Notes: generated from the sequence alone by a model not told the origin. Counted from the first letter of the stretch, positions 49,990-59,864 are shown. The stretch: 64,000 nucleotides of DNA from an uncultured Acidobacteriota bacterium (GCA_963764715.1 CAVXTP010000023.1:24085-88084); one strand, 5' to 3'. A program made the numbers and translations.

Positions 49990-51764
49990 ACGGCCACCGC
50001 TTCCCGCGCCGGCAGGGCCCGCGCCCTCTCGATTCCGGCCTCGACCTCGGCCACCGTCAGATCCTTTCCGCCAGACCGCTTGAGCACGTGGGTGCGCCCG
50101 GGCGGCAGATCCAGGAACGTCCGCAGGTACTTGTAGAACTGCGCCGTGTACGAGAGCTCGACGATCAGAAGGTCCCCGACGCTCGAAAGGAACTCCTCGA
50201 AATCCCGCTTGGGGAAGGGATAGAGCATCTGCGGAACGAACGCCGCGACCCTTTCTCCACGCGCGGTCGCCGCGGCGACGGCCTCCTGGACCGGCCCCTT
50301 GGACGAGCCCCAGCACAGCACTCCGACGTCGGCGCGCTCCGGGCCGAACCGCCGGAACGAATGGTAGCGGTCCCGGATCGGCCACATCTTCCGGTAGCGC
50401 TTGGCGTTCATCGTCTCGTGCGTGAGGAAGAGGGAGTTGGGCCGTCCCTCCGCGTCGTGCTCGAGGCCGTTGGTCTGGTACATCCCCTTCTTCGTGCCGG
50501 GGATGCTCATCGGCGAGACGCCGTTCGGCGTGTCCCGGTAGCGCTCGTAGTTTTCGAGCTCCTCCGGCGTCGGCTGGACGCGCTCGCGCACCGGGTGCTG
50601 CAGGGCGCCGGCCGAGATCGTCTCCTTGCGCTGCGACACGGCCTGGTCCGACATGACGAGGACCGGGACCTGGAACTCCTCGGAGATGTTGAAGGCCTCG
50701 ACGGTCGCGTGGAAGCAGTCCTCGACGTCGGCGCAGGCCAGCACGACCCGGGGCGCGTCGCCGTGGGACCCGAAGAGCGCCTGGAGCAGGTCGGACTGCT
50801 CGCTCTTGGTCGGGTTCCCGGTCGACGGCCCGCCCCGCTGCACGTCGATGATGACGACCGGCACCTCGGCCATCGAGGCGAGACCCAGCATCTCGGTCAT
50901 CAGCGAAAGGCCGGGGCCGGAGGTGGCGGTCATGGACTTGACGCCGGCGAAGGACGCGCCGATGACGGCGCCGATCGCCGCGAGCTCGTCCTCCGTCTGG
51001 AGGAGGGAGCCGCCGGCGCGCGGCATCCACTCCGCGAGGAAGTGGAGGATCTCGGACGAAGGCGTGATCGGGTAGCCGGCGAAGAAGCGGCAGCCCGCGT
51101 GGAGGGCGCCGATCGCCGCGGCCTCGTTTCCGGACATCAACAGGCGCGGCGCCGAGGCCGTGTAGTCGAGCCGGCGGGAGGAAAGGACCTCGCCGGCGGA
51201 CGCCGCGAACTCGCGTCCGGCGTCGAACGCGCGGGCGTTGGCGGCGAGCACGGCCTCCTTCTTTCGGCCGAACCGGCGCGCGAGCGCGCGCCTCAGGGTC
51301 TCCGGCGGAAGCCCGAGAATCTCGCCGAGCAGTCCCAGGGTCACGACGTTGATCGCGCCCGGCGTTCCGGCGGACGCTTTCGAGAGGTCGGCCAGCGGGA
51401 CCGGAACCCAGCTCAGGTTCTCTCCGCCGACGAGGCCCAGACTCTCGGCGGACGGCTGATCTTCCGAGGCCTCGTAGAGGACGAGGGCGTCGGGCGCGAC
51501 GCTGATCTCGCCCCGGAACCGGTCGAAGTCCGCCCAGCGGAAGACCACGAGGACGTCGACCGCGTCCCCCGGAGCCGAAATCGCGTCCGCGGCGATGCGC
51601 ACCGCGCAGGACGACTCGCCGCCCCGGATCTGGGGGCCGTAGGCCTCCGTCTTGATCACGTGGAGGCCCTCCTTCGCCGCGACCTGGGCGACGAGATCCC
51701 CCAGGGTCATCACGCCGTCGCCACCCGAGCCCACCACCGTGATCGTCACGTCCCTGGTCGTCAT
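49986..51764 (-). CDS. 2-oxoacid:ferredoxin oxidoreductase alpha subunit (gamma-alpha fusion)
   Basis: GSGGDG, IRGGES, YPITP, EDE, TSGPG, QRGGPSTG. Confidence 0.93.
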   Translation of the reverse strand: MTTRDVTITVVGSGGDGVMTLGDLVAQVAAKEGLHVIKTEAYGPQIRGGESSCAVRIAADAISAPGDAVDVLVVFRWADFDRFRGEISVAPDALVLYEASEDQPSAESLGLVGGENLSWVPVPLADLSKASAGTPGAINVVTLGLLGEILGLPPETLRRALARRFGRKKEAVLAANARAFDAGREFAASAGEVLSSRRLDYTASAPRLLMSGNEAAAIGALHAGCRFFAGYPITPSSEILHFLAEWMPRAGGSLLQTEDELAAIGAVIGASFAGVKSMTATSGPGLSLMTEMLGLASMAEVPVVIIDVQRGGPSTGNPTKSEQSDLLQALFGSHGDAPRVVLACADVEDCFHATVEAFNISEEFQVPVLVMSDQAVSQRKETISAGALQHPVRERVQPTPEELENYERYRDTPNGVSPMSIPGTKKGMYQTNGLEHDAEGRPNSLFLTHETMNAKRYRKMWPIRDRYHSFRRFGPERADVGVLCWGSSKGPVQEAVAAATARGERVAAFVPQMLYPFPKRDFEEFLSSVGDLLIVELSYTAQFYKYLRTFLDLPPGRTHVLKRSGGKDLTVAEVEAGIERARALPAREAVAV

Positions 51765-51909
51765 CGTGTTGGAAATCCCTCCGTCGGGTTCGAGTGTCCC
51801 GGGAGGGGGAGGGCCGTCGCATGGTGCGAATGCATCACTTGCGATGCGCCGCCCCGGCCCGAGCGGCGTGTCGCCCGGCCTGGCGCGGCGGGCCCGCCCG
51901 GGACGCGCT

Positions 51910-52302
51910 CTAGGACAGGTGGCGCGCGATCCGCGCGACCGGTCCTCGGATCAGGACGTACGGCAGGATGGCGCACGCCACGACCACGATGAGCAGCTGG
52001 ACGGCATGGAACGCACGGAACACCACGAGCTGGTAGATGGTGTCCACCACGACGGCCACGACCACAACACGCCCGATGTCCTTGAGAGCGGAGCGGAGAA
52101 ACCGCTGACGCTTTGCCGAATGGTCGCGGAGGACCTCCCGCGGGAACCCCCGCGTGGCTTCCCGCGCGTCCCTCACGCCGGCCCGGATCGCGAGGACGGT
52201 GACGACCGTCGGCATCATGACGAGCCGAAAGTGCAGGGGCCCGCTGGCCCGGCCGAGGAGCTCCTCGACGCCGCGGGACAGCATCTCCCAGATCGTGTCC
52301 AT
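51910..52302 (-). CDS. Small membrane protein of unknown function
   Basis: 130-aa ORF with 2-3 hydrophobic segments filling the gap. Confidence 0.65.
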   Translation of the reverse strand: MDTIWEMLSRGVEELLGRASGPLHFRLVMMPTVVTVLAIRAGVRDAREATRGFPREVLRDHSAKRQRFLRSALKDIGRVVVVAVVVDTIYQLVVFRAFHAVQLLIVVVACAILPYVLIRGPVARIARHLS

Positions 52303-52502
52303 CGTTCAGCCCTGTGGCCCGGACCGTCGTCGCGCCGCAGGCATTTCTCGAGGCTTCTCCACCGGTCCGGTATTCTGGGGCCGTCGGGGGGCGGTGTGCG
52401 ATGCGATCACACCATCCGCCCGCCGCCGCGGTGGGCCGACATGCCGGCGGCGGCCGTCGCACGGGGCGGGGCGGAGGCGGCAACTCGATAGAATCCCCCC
52501 CA

Positions 52503-53765
52503 ATGGGTTCCCCCGCGGTGCCACTTCTCCGACGCCGGCGGAGCCTCCGGATCGCCGTCGCTGCTGTCTTTGCGGTCGCTCTCGCCGCGGCCGCACCGGC
52601 GGGGCCGCGCATCGTCGCGGTCGGCGACGTGCACGGCGACCTCGCGGCGTTCCGCAAGATCCTCGCGGACGCCGGAGTCGTCGACGCGACGGGCGGCTGG
52701 ACGGGAGGCGACGCCGTGCTGGTGCAGGTCGGGGACCTGATCGACCGCGGACCGAGCATGCGGGGAACGCTCGACTTCGCCATGGCGCTGGAGCAGACGG
52801 CCGCGAAGGGAGGAGGGCGCGCCGTTTTGCTGCTCGGCAACCACGAGATCCTGAACCTCACCGGCGATCTGCGCTACGTCACGGCCGGCAACTACGCCGA
52901 GTTCGCCGACGCCGGATCGGAGAAACGGCGCGAGGACGCCTGGGTCCAGGTGCGCGATCTGCGGAAGCGGCGGGCCCGCGAGCTCGGGCAACCCGAGCCG
53001 TCCACGGGAGCCGAGGCGCGCAAGGCCTGGCTCGATTCGCACCCGCCGGGCTTCCTCGAGCACCAGGAGGCGTTCGGCCCCGGCGGCACGTACGGCCGCT
53101 GGCTGCGCGCCCGCCCGTCGGTCGTCGTCCTGCAGCAGATCGCGTTCATGCACGGAGGACTCTCCCCGGCCCTTTCGGGAGTGTCCCTCGAAGAGATCGA
53201 CAAGAGGGTGCGCGAAGACCTCGCGACGTTCGACCGCGACCGGGACCTCTTCGTGTCCGAGGGGCTGATCCTTCCGTTCTTCGACATCCAGGAGACGTTC
53301 CGCGCGGTCCGCGAAGCGCTCGACACGCTTTCGGCGTCCGCGAAGGACGCGGAACGGCGGAAGATCTACGAGCACTTCCTCGACTGGGGGAGCTGGACGA
53401 TGAATTCCTCCGACGGACCCCTCTGGTTCCGGGGCTACGGCCGGTGGAGCGACGCCGAGGGCGAGGCCGAGATGCCGCGGCTCCTGGCGGCGGCCGGGGT
53501 CGAGCACTTCGTCGTCGGCCACACGGTGCAGGAGGACGGCCGCATCCGCGTCCGCTTCGGCGGCGCCGCGTTCCTGATCGACAGCGGGATGCTCACGTCC
53601 TACGTCCCCGGCGGCCGGGCCTCGGCGCTCGAGTTCGTCGACGGCGTCGCGAGCGCGATCTATGCCGGCGAGCCGCGCCGGTTGATCTGGGAGCCGGCGC
53701 GCAAGGCGGCCGCCTTCGCGCAACCGGGTGCGCGGGGCCACGCGACGGGGGAGGCGGTGCGATGA
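52503..53765 (+). CDS. Exported metallophosphoesterase (PPP/Shewanella-like phosphatase)
   Basis: GDVHG, GDLIDRG, GNHE, HGG, GHT, IDSG; signal peptide; TAGAAT 8 nt before ATG. Confidence 0.9.
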   Translation: MGSPAVPLLRRRRSLRIAVAAVFAVALAAAAPAGPRIVAVGDVHGDLAAFRKILADAGVVDATGGWTGGDAVLVQVGDLIDRGPSMRGTLDFAMALEQTAAKGGGRAVLLLGNHEILNLTGDLRYVTAGNYAEFADAGSEKRREDAWVQVRDLRKRRARELGQPEPSTGAEARKAWLDSHPPGFLEHQEAFGPGGTYGRWLRARPSVVVLQQIAFMHGGLSPALSGVSLEEIDKRVREDLATFDRDRDLFVSEGLILPFFDIQETFRAVREALDTLSASAKDAERRKIYEHFLDWGSWTMNSSDGPLWFRGYGRWSDAEGEAEMPRLLAAAGVEHFVVGHTVQEDGRIRVRFGGAAFLIDSGMLTSYVPGGRASALEFVDGVASAIYAGEPRRLIWEPARKAAAFAQPGARGHATGEAVR

Positions 53766-56563
53766 GATCGAACCCGCTCGCACGGCTCTTCAACCTCGAG
53801 GCCGGAGACGGGCGCCGCGGCACGCTGCTCTTCTTCTATCTCCTCCTGATCATCACCTGCTACCAGCTCGGCAAGACCGCGCGGGACGCGCTGTTCCTGA
53901 GCGTCTTCAAGGCCTCGAAGCTTCCCTACGCGGACATGGCGATCGCGCTGTCGGTCGGCGTGGTGATCGCGGCCTACGTGACGATCGGCCGCCGCGTCAC
54001 GCTCCGCAACCTTCTCGTCGGCTGCCTGCTGCTCTTCGCGGCCCTGCAGGTCGGCTTCTGGTACCTGGCGAAATTCCGGCCGGAGCTGACCTGGCAGTAT
54101 CCCGTGTTCTACATCTGGGTCGGCATTCTCGGCGTCATCGCGCCGACCCAGGTCTGGACGCTCGCCAACTACCTGTTGACGACACGCGAGGCCAAGCGGA
54201 TCTTCGGCCTGGTCGGCGCGGGCGGCATCAGCGGCTGGATCGTCTCCGGCCTTCTCGCCGAGAAGCTCGCGAAGACCAAAGGCCTCGGCACCGAGAGCCT
54301 GCCCCTCGCGATGGCGGTCGCCCTGCTCGGATGCGCGGTGATCGTGGTGGTTCTCTGGCGCGAGCGGGGCGCGGCCCAGCCGGCGGGCGCCGCGCCGCGC
54401 GCCGAGTCCTCGGCGAAGAGCCTGCGGGAGAGCATGGCCGTCGTCTTCTCCTCGCCGTACCTGATCTCGATCGCGTCCCTCATCACCCTCTCCTCCATCG
54501 CGACCTGCTTCGCCGGCTGGCAGTTCAAGGCGATCGCCAAGGCCGCGTATCCCGACAAGAACGCGCTGACCGCGTTCTTCGGGCAGTTCAACTTCTGGGC
54601 GGGCCTGGCCTGCCTCGCGCTTCAGCTGCTGCTGACGTCGCGGTTCCTTCGCCGCTTCGGACTGGGTCCCGCCCTGCTGATGGTGCCGCTGGGGCTCTTC
54701 GCGAGCGAGCTCGGCGTCTGGATGTTCGGCACGCTGGCTGCGGCGATTCTCCTGAAGGGCGGGGATTCGGTCGTGCGCTATTCGCTCGACAAGTCTTCGG
54801 TCGAGCTGCTCTACCTGCCGATTTCCCCGGAGATCAAGCTCCAGGCGAAATCCGCGATCGACACCTTCATCTGGCGCCTGGGCGACGGTCTTGCCGGGTT
54901 CACGCTCGCGATCTTCACCGATCAGCTCAACTGGTCGGCCCGAAGGGTCTCGCTCGTCAATTTCGTCTTCATCGGCGGCTGGATCACGGCCGCCGTCATG
55001 GCGCGCCGACGGTATGCGGGCACCCTGCTCGACAGCCTCCGCCAGCGGCGGCTCGACGCCGAGCGGCAGCTCTCCCCGGTTCTCGACAGGTCCACGGCCG
55101 ACATCCTCGCGACACAGCTCGCCTCGCCCGATCCCCAGCAGGTCCTCTACGCGCTCGAGATCTTCGGCGCGTCCCAGCACCCGCCGGCGCATCCGGGCGT
55201 GCGCGACCTGCTCCATCACGAGTCGCCCGCCGTGCGGCGGCGCGCCCTGGAGCTCCTCGACGCGGCCGGCGACCTCTGGGTCCTGCCGCGCGTCGAGGAA
55301 ATGCTGCGCGACCCGGACGGGGACGTGCGGTCGGCGGCCCTGCTGTTCCTGGATCACCACGCGCCGGCGGATCCCCTGATGCGGGTCCAGAAGCTCGAGG
55401 ACTTCGAGGACGTGTCGGTCGCCTCCGGGATCGTCACGTTCCTCGCGCGCAGCGGGGACGGGGAGCGTCTCCCCGAAGCGCGGATCGTGATGGACCGGAT
55501 GATCGCCGAGAGCGGGGAGGCGGGAAAGCGCGCGCGACTCGAGGCCGCGAGCCTCCTCGGAATCGTGGGCGAGGGCTTCGACGACCAGCTCGACGCGCTG
55601 CTCTCCGACGAGGACTCGGATGTCGTGCGAGCGGCCGTGCGCGCGGCGGGGAAGCTTCGCAATCGGCGGGTGGCGCCGACGCTGATCGGTCTGCTCGGCG
55701 ACGCGCGGGTGCGGGACGAGGCGGCGGACGCGCTCGTCGCGATGGGCGACCGGGTCCTCGGAGCCATGCGCGATCAGTTGACCGACGGGAACGCGCCTCT
55801 CTCGGGCCGCCTCGAAATCCCCGCCGTCCTGGCCCGCATCGGAGGGAGCGGCGCCGCGAGCGCCCTCGAGGAGAACCTGCTCGAGAGCGAGCCGGAGCTG
55901 CGCTTCCGCACGATCTGCGCCCTCAACGACCTGCGCAAGGAGCAATCGGCGGCCGTGATCGATCCGGTCCGCCTTCGCGCGGCGCTCGGCTTCGAGATGA
56001 TGCTCCACTGCCGCACGAACCAGATCCTCTCGGTCGCCGGACAGGCGCGGGCCGCGGGGCCCGCAGCGGCGTCCGCGACGGAGGTCCTCCGGCGGCTCGA
56101 GGCGAGCCAGGAGCAGGAGATCGAGCGCATCTTCCGGCTCCTCTCCCTGCTCTACCCGGACACCGACTTCCGCAACGCCCACTACGGGCTGCGGTCGAGC
56201 GACGTGACGGCGCGCGATCACGCCATCGAGTTCCTCGATCTCGCCCTCGACCGCGACATGCGCAAGACCCTCGTGCCGCTGCTCGATCCGACGGCGTCCC
56301 TCGACCAGCGCGTCCTTCCGATCCTGACGCGCACGGGGCTCGAGGCGCCGACGGCCGCGGAGCTCGTCGCCGCGCTGGTCGAGAGCGACGACCCCTGGCT
56401 CAAGGCCTGCGGCATCTCGTCCGTCGGGTCCCTCGACATGACCGATCTCGCCTTCCACGTCGACGCCTGCCTCGACGCCGAGGACGAGCTCCTGCGGGAG
56501 GCCGCGCGCGCGGCGAAGAAGCGGCTGACGGACGCGGCGAAGGAGCGGCGGGCGATCCGTTGA
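53762..56563 (+). CDS. Npt1/Npt2 (TLC, ATP/ADP translocase)-like transporter fused to HEAT repeats
   Basis: About 12 TM segments with KTARDALFL, REAKRIFG, RYSLDK..ELLYLP, AKSAID...RLGD; Leu/Ala-rich helical repeats follow. Confidence 0.82.
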   Translation: MRSNPLARLFNLEAGDGRRGTLLFFYLLLIITCYQLGKTARDALFLSVFKASKLPYADMAIALSVGVVIAAYVTIGRRVTLRNLLVGCLLLFAALQVGFWYLAKFRPELTWQYPVFYIWVGILGVIAPTQVWTLANYLLTTREAKRIFGLVGAGGISGWIVSGLLAEKLAKTKGLGTESLPLAMAVALLGCAVIVVVLWRERGAAQPAGAAPRAESSAKSLRESMAVVFSSPYLISIASLITLSSIATCFAGWQFKAIAKAAYPDKNALTAFFGQFNFWAGLACLALQLLLTSRFLRRFGLGPALLMVPLGLFASELGVWMFGTLAAAILLKGGDSVVRYSLDKSSVELLYLPISPEIKLQAKSAIDTFIWRLGDGLAGFTLAIFTDQLNWSARRVSLVNFVFIGGWITAAVMARRRYAGTLLDSLRQRRLDAERQLSPVLDRSTADILATQLASPDPQQVLYALEIFGASQHPPAHPGVRDLLHHESPAVRRRALELLDAAGDLWVLPRVEEMLRDPDGDVRSAALLFLDHHAPADPLMRVQKLEDFEDVSVASGIVTFLARSGDGERLPEARIVMDRMIAESGEAGKRARLEAASLLGIVGEGFDDQLDALLSDEDSDVVRAAVRAAGKLRNRRVAPTLIGLLGDARVRDEAADALVAMGDRVLGAMRDQLTDGNAPLSGRLEIPAVLARIGGSGAASALEENLLESEPELRFRTICALNDLRKEQSAAVIDPVRLRAALGFEMMLHCRTNQILSVAGQARAAGPAAASATEVLRRLEASQEQEIERIFRLLSLLYPDTDFRNAHYGLRSSDVTARDHAIEFLDLALDRDMRKTLVPLLDPTASLDQRVLPILTRTGLEAPTAAELVAALVESDDPWLKACGISSVGSLDMTDLAFHVDACLDAEDELLREAARAAKKRLTDAAKERRAIR

Positions 56564-56578
56564 CGCGCGGAGCCGCGG

Positions 56579-57493
56579 CTACGGGGCCGGGGCCTCCTCC
56601 GTGTACGTGTACAGGACCTTGTCCTCGCCGCGCTCGGCGATGAGCTTGTCGAGGTGCTGCACGAGCAGGGCGCGCCGCTTGAAGAGCGCGTCGAGCTCGT
56701 AGTCCGAAAGGTCCTCCTTCAGCTGCGCGCGCACGGCGGCCTCGTCGAGCGCCTTCATCTTCTGGTACAGGCCGCGCTCGCACTGGTTGATCGCGTCGGG
56801 CCTCTGGAGGTTCGGGTTCCGGCGGAAGGCGCGGGTGTGGTCGATCATCCAGATCTTCCAGTCCGGCGTGATGATCAGGTTGCCGCTGTTCCGGTCGGTG
56901 TTGTAGATGAGCGCGTCGAACGTATTGATCATCTGCAGCTGCTTGTTCCAGCGCTTTAGGTCGGGCGGCTGGATGTTCTTCTCCTTCATCGACTTCTGGG
57001 TCATGGCGTTCTCGACCCAGATCTGCATGCTGCCGCTCTTGTGGTTGAGCTTGCGCAGCGTGGCCGGCGGGACGTTGTCGAGTCCGAGCATGCGGCTGAG
57101 CTTGTAAGCGGCCGGTTCGTAGATGTAGCTGTCGCGGAAGTAGAGACCGTCGCGGCCGCCGCCGAAGCTCGCCGTCGTCGACTCCTCGTTGACGTCGCGG
57201 AAGATGGCGTCGGCGCGCACACCGTCCTTCTCGAGCAGGACCTTGGTGGGGAACGTGACCCCTCCGGCGAAGCGTTTTTCCGACTTCACCTCCGCGGTGG
57301 CGAGAAACGCGAGCAGCTCGGCGTCGGAAGCGAACGGCAGCGGCTTGCCCTCCGGGTCGGTCCAGTGCACCCCGCCCCCGGCGCGCGGCGGCTCGGGCGC
57401 GGGCGTCACGGCGGCTTCCTGCGCGGCGAGCGCTCCGGCGAAGGCGAAGGCTCCGGCGAGGAGCAGGCCCAGGGGATGACGCCGTCCGATCAT
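56579..57493 (-). CDS. Exported atypical kinase-fold protein (PI4K type II/Fam20C-like)
   Basis: Signal peptide; GGVT, AIFR, EPAAYKLSRMLGLDNVP, GSMQ, DALIYNTDRNSGN, IDH; AGGAGG before ATG 57493. Confidence 0.78.
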   Translation of the reverse strand: MIGRRHPLGLLLAGAFAFAGALAAQEAAVTPAPEPPRAGGGVHWTDPEGKPLPFASDAELLAFLATAEVKSEKRFAGGVTFPTKVLLEKDGVRADAIFRDVNEESTTASFGGGRDGLYFRDSYIYEPAAYKLSRMLGLDNVPPATLRKLNHKSGSMQIWVENAMTQKSMKEKNIQPPDLKRWNKQLQMINTFDALIYNTDRNSGNLIITPDWKIWMIDHTRAFRRNPNLQRPDAINQCERGLYQKMKALDEAAVRAQLKEDLSDYELDALFKRRALLVQHLDKLIAERGEDKVLYTYTEEAPAP

Positions 57494-57692
57494 CGCAACC
57501 TCCTGAAGGGTATGGCCGGGGCGGCCGCCGCCGGTTTCCAGAGTCTGGATCCGGCGCGGCGTCCTCGGTTTCCAGTCTCTCACGGGGCCCTCCTGCCCTC
57601 CCGGACCCCGGGGCCTCCGAGCCGCGGGGAAGGCCCCGATCTGATGCAAGTGAATCAACCGCTTCCCGTCGGCCCGCCCCTACGATCGCTCC

Positions 57693-59078
57693 ATGGCTAC
57701 CAACGAAAAGCGGGTCGTCATCCTGGGCGCCGCAGGCCGCGATTTCCACGATTTCAACACCGTCTTCCGGGACGATCCCGGGACGCGCGTGGTCGCCTTC
57801 ACGGCGACGCAGATTCCCGGGATCGCCGGGCGGCGCTATCCGGCGGTCCTCGCGGGGCCGCGCTACGCGTCGGGCATCCCGATACTTCCCGAGGAGGACC
57901 TCGGGCGGCTGATCCGGGAGGAGAAGGTCGACACGTGCGTCTTCTCGTATTCGGACGTGACGCACGAGCACGTGATGCACCTGGCGTCGCAGGCCGTCGC
58001 CCTCGGCGCGGACTTCCTGCTGCTCTCGGCCCGCCGCACCATGCTTCCGGCGAAAGTCCCGGTCATCGCCGTGACCGCCGTGCGGACCGGCGCGGGCAAG
58101 AGCCAGACGACGCGCTATCTCTCGAACATCCTGAAGAAGCTCGGGAAGCGGGTCGTCGCGATCCGGCACCCGATGCCCTACGGGGACCTGGCGGAGCAGA
58201 TCTGCCAGCGCTTCGCCACTTACGCCGACCTCGACCGCGAGAAGTGCACCATCGAGGAGCGCGAAGAGTACGAACCCCACATCGACAACGGGTTCGTCGT
58301 CTACGCCGGGGTGGACTACGGGGAGATCCTCGCCCGCGCCGAGCAGGAGGCCGACGTCATCCTCTGGGACGGCGGCAACAACGACCTGCCGTTCTACGTC
58401 CCGGCGCTGCACATCTGCGTCGCGGACCCCCATCGGGCCGGGCACGAGACCTCGTACCATCCGGGCGAGGCGAACTTCCGGCGCGCCGACGTCATCGTCC
58501 TCAACAAGTGCGACACGGCCAACGCCGCCAGCGTCGCCGCGGTCGAGGCGACGGCGGCGCGGCTGAACCCGCGGGCCCGGGTCCTGCGGGCGGACTCGCC
58601 GGTCGCGATCGAGCACCCGGAGTGGGTCGCCGGCAAGAAGGTGCTGGTCGTCGAGGACGGGCCGACCCTCACGCACGGAGGGATGCGCTTCGGCGCGGGA
58701 GTCGTCGCGGCGAGACAGGCGGGCGCGGCCGAGTTCGTGGACCCGAGCCCGTACGCCGTCGGCTCCATCCGGGACACCTATGCGAAGTACCCGAACGCCG
58801 TCGGCATCCTGCCGGCGATGGGTTACGGCGAGGCCCAGGTCGCCGAGCTCGCGGAGACGATCCGGCGGACGCCCTGCGACGCCGTGGTCATCGGAACGCC
58901 GATCGATCTGCGGCGCGTTCTCCGGATCGACCGGCCCGCCGTCCGGGTGCACTACGACCTGCGGGAGCAATCGCCCGGCGCGCTCGAGTCGGAGGTCCGG
59001 AGGGTGCTCGGGGAGCCGGAGCCCGGCGTGTCAGCGGTCGGGAGTCTTCTCGAACACGAAGAAGTGCTGCACCGGTAG
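57693..59078 (+). CDS. cDPG synthase-like P-loop protein, probable arginine synthetase (ArcE-like)
   Basis: GAAGRDFH, FTATQIP, RTGAGKS, RHPMPYG, TIEEREEYE, WDGGNND, EDGPTLTHG. Confidence 0.8.
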   Translation: MATNEKRVVILGAAGRDFHDFNTVFRDDPGTRVVAFTATQIPGIAGRRYPAVLAGPRYASGIPILPEEDLGRLIREEKVDTCVFSYSDVTHEHVMHLASQAVALGADFLLLSARRTMLPAKVPVIAVTAVRTGAGKSQTTRYLSNILKKLGKRVVAIRHPMPYGDLAEQICQRFATYADLDREKCTIEEREEYEPHIDNGFVVYAGVDYGEILARAEQEADVILWDGGNNDLPFYVPALHICVADPHRAGHETSYHPGEANFRRADVIVLNKCDTANAASVAAVEATAARLNPRARVLRADSPVAIEHPEWVAGKKVLVVEDGPTLTHGGMRFGAGVVAARQAGAAEFVDPSPYAVGSIRDTYAKYPNAVGILPAMGYGEAQVAELAETIRRTPCDAVVIGTPIDLRRVLRIDRPAVRVHYDLREQSPGALESEVRRVLGEPEPGVSAVGSLLEHEEVLHR

Positions 59079-59759
59079 AAACTCGTGGAGCTTGACGAGT
59101 CGGAAGCCGGCCGGCTCCCACTCGGCGAGGACCTGTTTCGTCGACATGCGGTGCTCCTCCCGGACGTGGACGGCGGTCAGCCCCTCGAGGCGGTACTCCA
59201 CGAGCGCGACCTTGCCGTCGGTCTTCAGGGCTTCGCGCATCCGCGCGAGCGTCGCCTTCGGCTGCTGGAGCTCGTGGTAGACGTCGACGAGCAGGACCCA
59301 GTCGAGTGATCCCGGCGGCAGCTTCGGGTCGTCGTTCGTCCCGAGAATCGGCACGACGTTCCGGACGCCCGCCTTCTCCATGTTCTCCTTCAGCCGGGAG
59401 AGCATCTCGGGCTGGATGTCGACGGCGTACACGCGCCCGGAGGGGCCGACGGCCTTCGCGAGGCGCCGCGTGAAGTAGCCGGTTCCCGCGCCGAGGTCGG
59501 CGACGACGTCGCCCTTCTTCAGGCCCATGCTCCGGACGATCTCGTCGGGCCGCTGCTCCTCGTCGCGGCCGGGCCGCTCGAGCCAGTCCGCCCCCGACGC
59601 GCCCATGACCGGCGCGGGACGCCGCTCGTCGCTCGTCGGGGCCTGGGCGGGGGCGATCGCCGCCGCGCCGAGGAGAAGGAGCAGGAAGGGCAGAGCGAGG
59701 ATCCGCCGCACGGGGCGGGAGGGACTCTTTCCGGGAACGCCCGGGTTCACGTCGGCCAT
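59031..59759 (-). CDS. Class I SAM-dependent methyltransferase with signal-peptide-like N-terminus
   Basis: VADLGAGTG, AVDIQ, DVYHE. Confidence 0.87.
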   Translation of the reverse strand: MADVNPGVPGKSPSRPVRRILALPFLLLLLGAAAIAPAQAPTSDERRPAPVMGASGADWLERPGRDEEQRPDEIVRSMGLKKGDVVADLGAGTGYFTRRLAKAVGPSGRVYAVDIQPEMLSRLKENMEKAGVRNVVPILGTNDDPKLPPGSLDWVLLVDVYHELQQPKATLARMREALKTDGKVALVEYRLEGLTAVHVREEHRMSTKQVLAEWEPAGFRLVKLHEFLPVQHFFVFEKTPDR

Positions 59760-59864
59760 CGCATCGACTCCCGATAACAGCGGTCCGGCTCCGGACCTTC
59801 GCGATTTTTCACGGTGGGGGGACGAGCGCGGAGTCGTTGCGGACGAAGGGCTCGAACGAAAGCG

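Noticed and set aside
57640-57662. TGATGCAAGTGAATCA as an FNR, ArgR or sigma54 site
   Set aside because: The spacing fits none of them (GG-N11-GC; TTGAT-N8)
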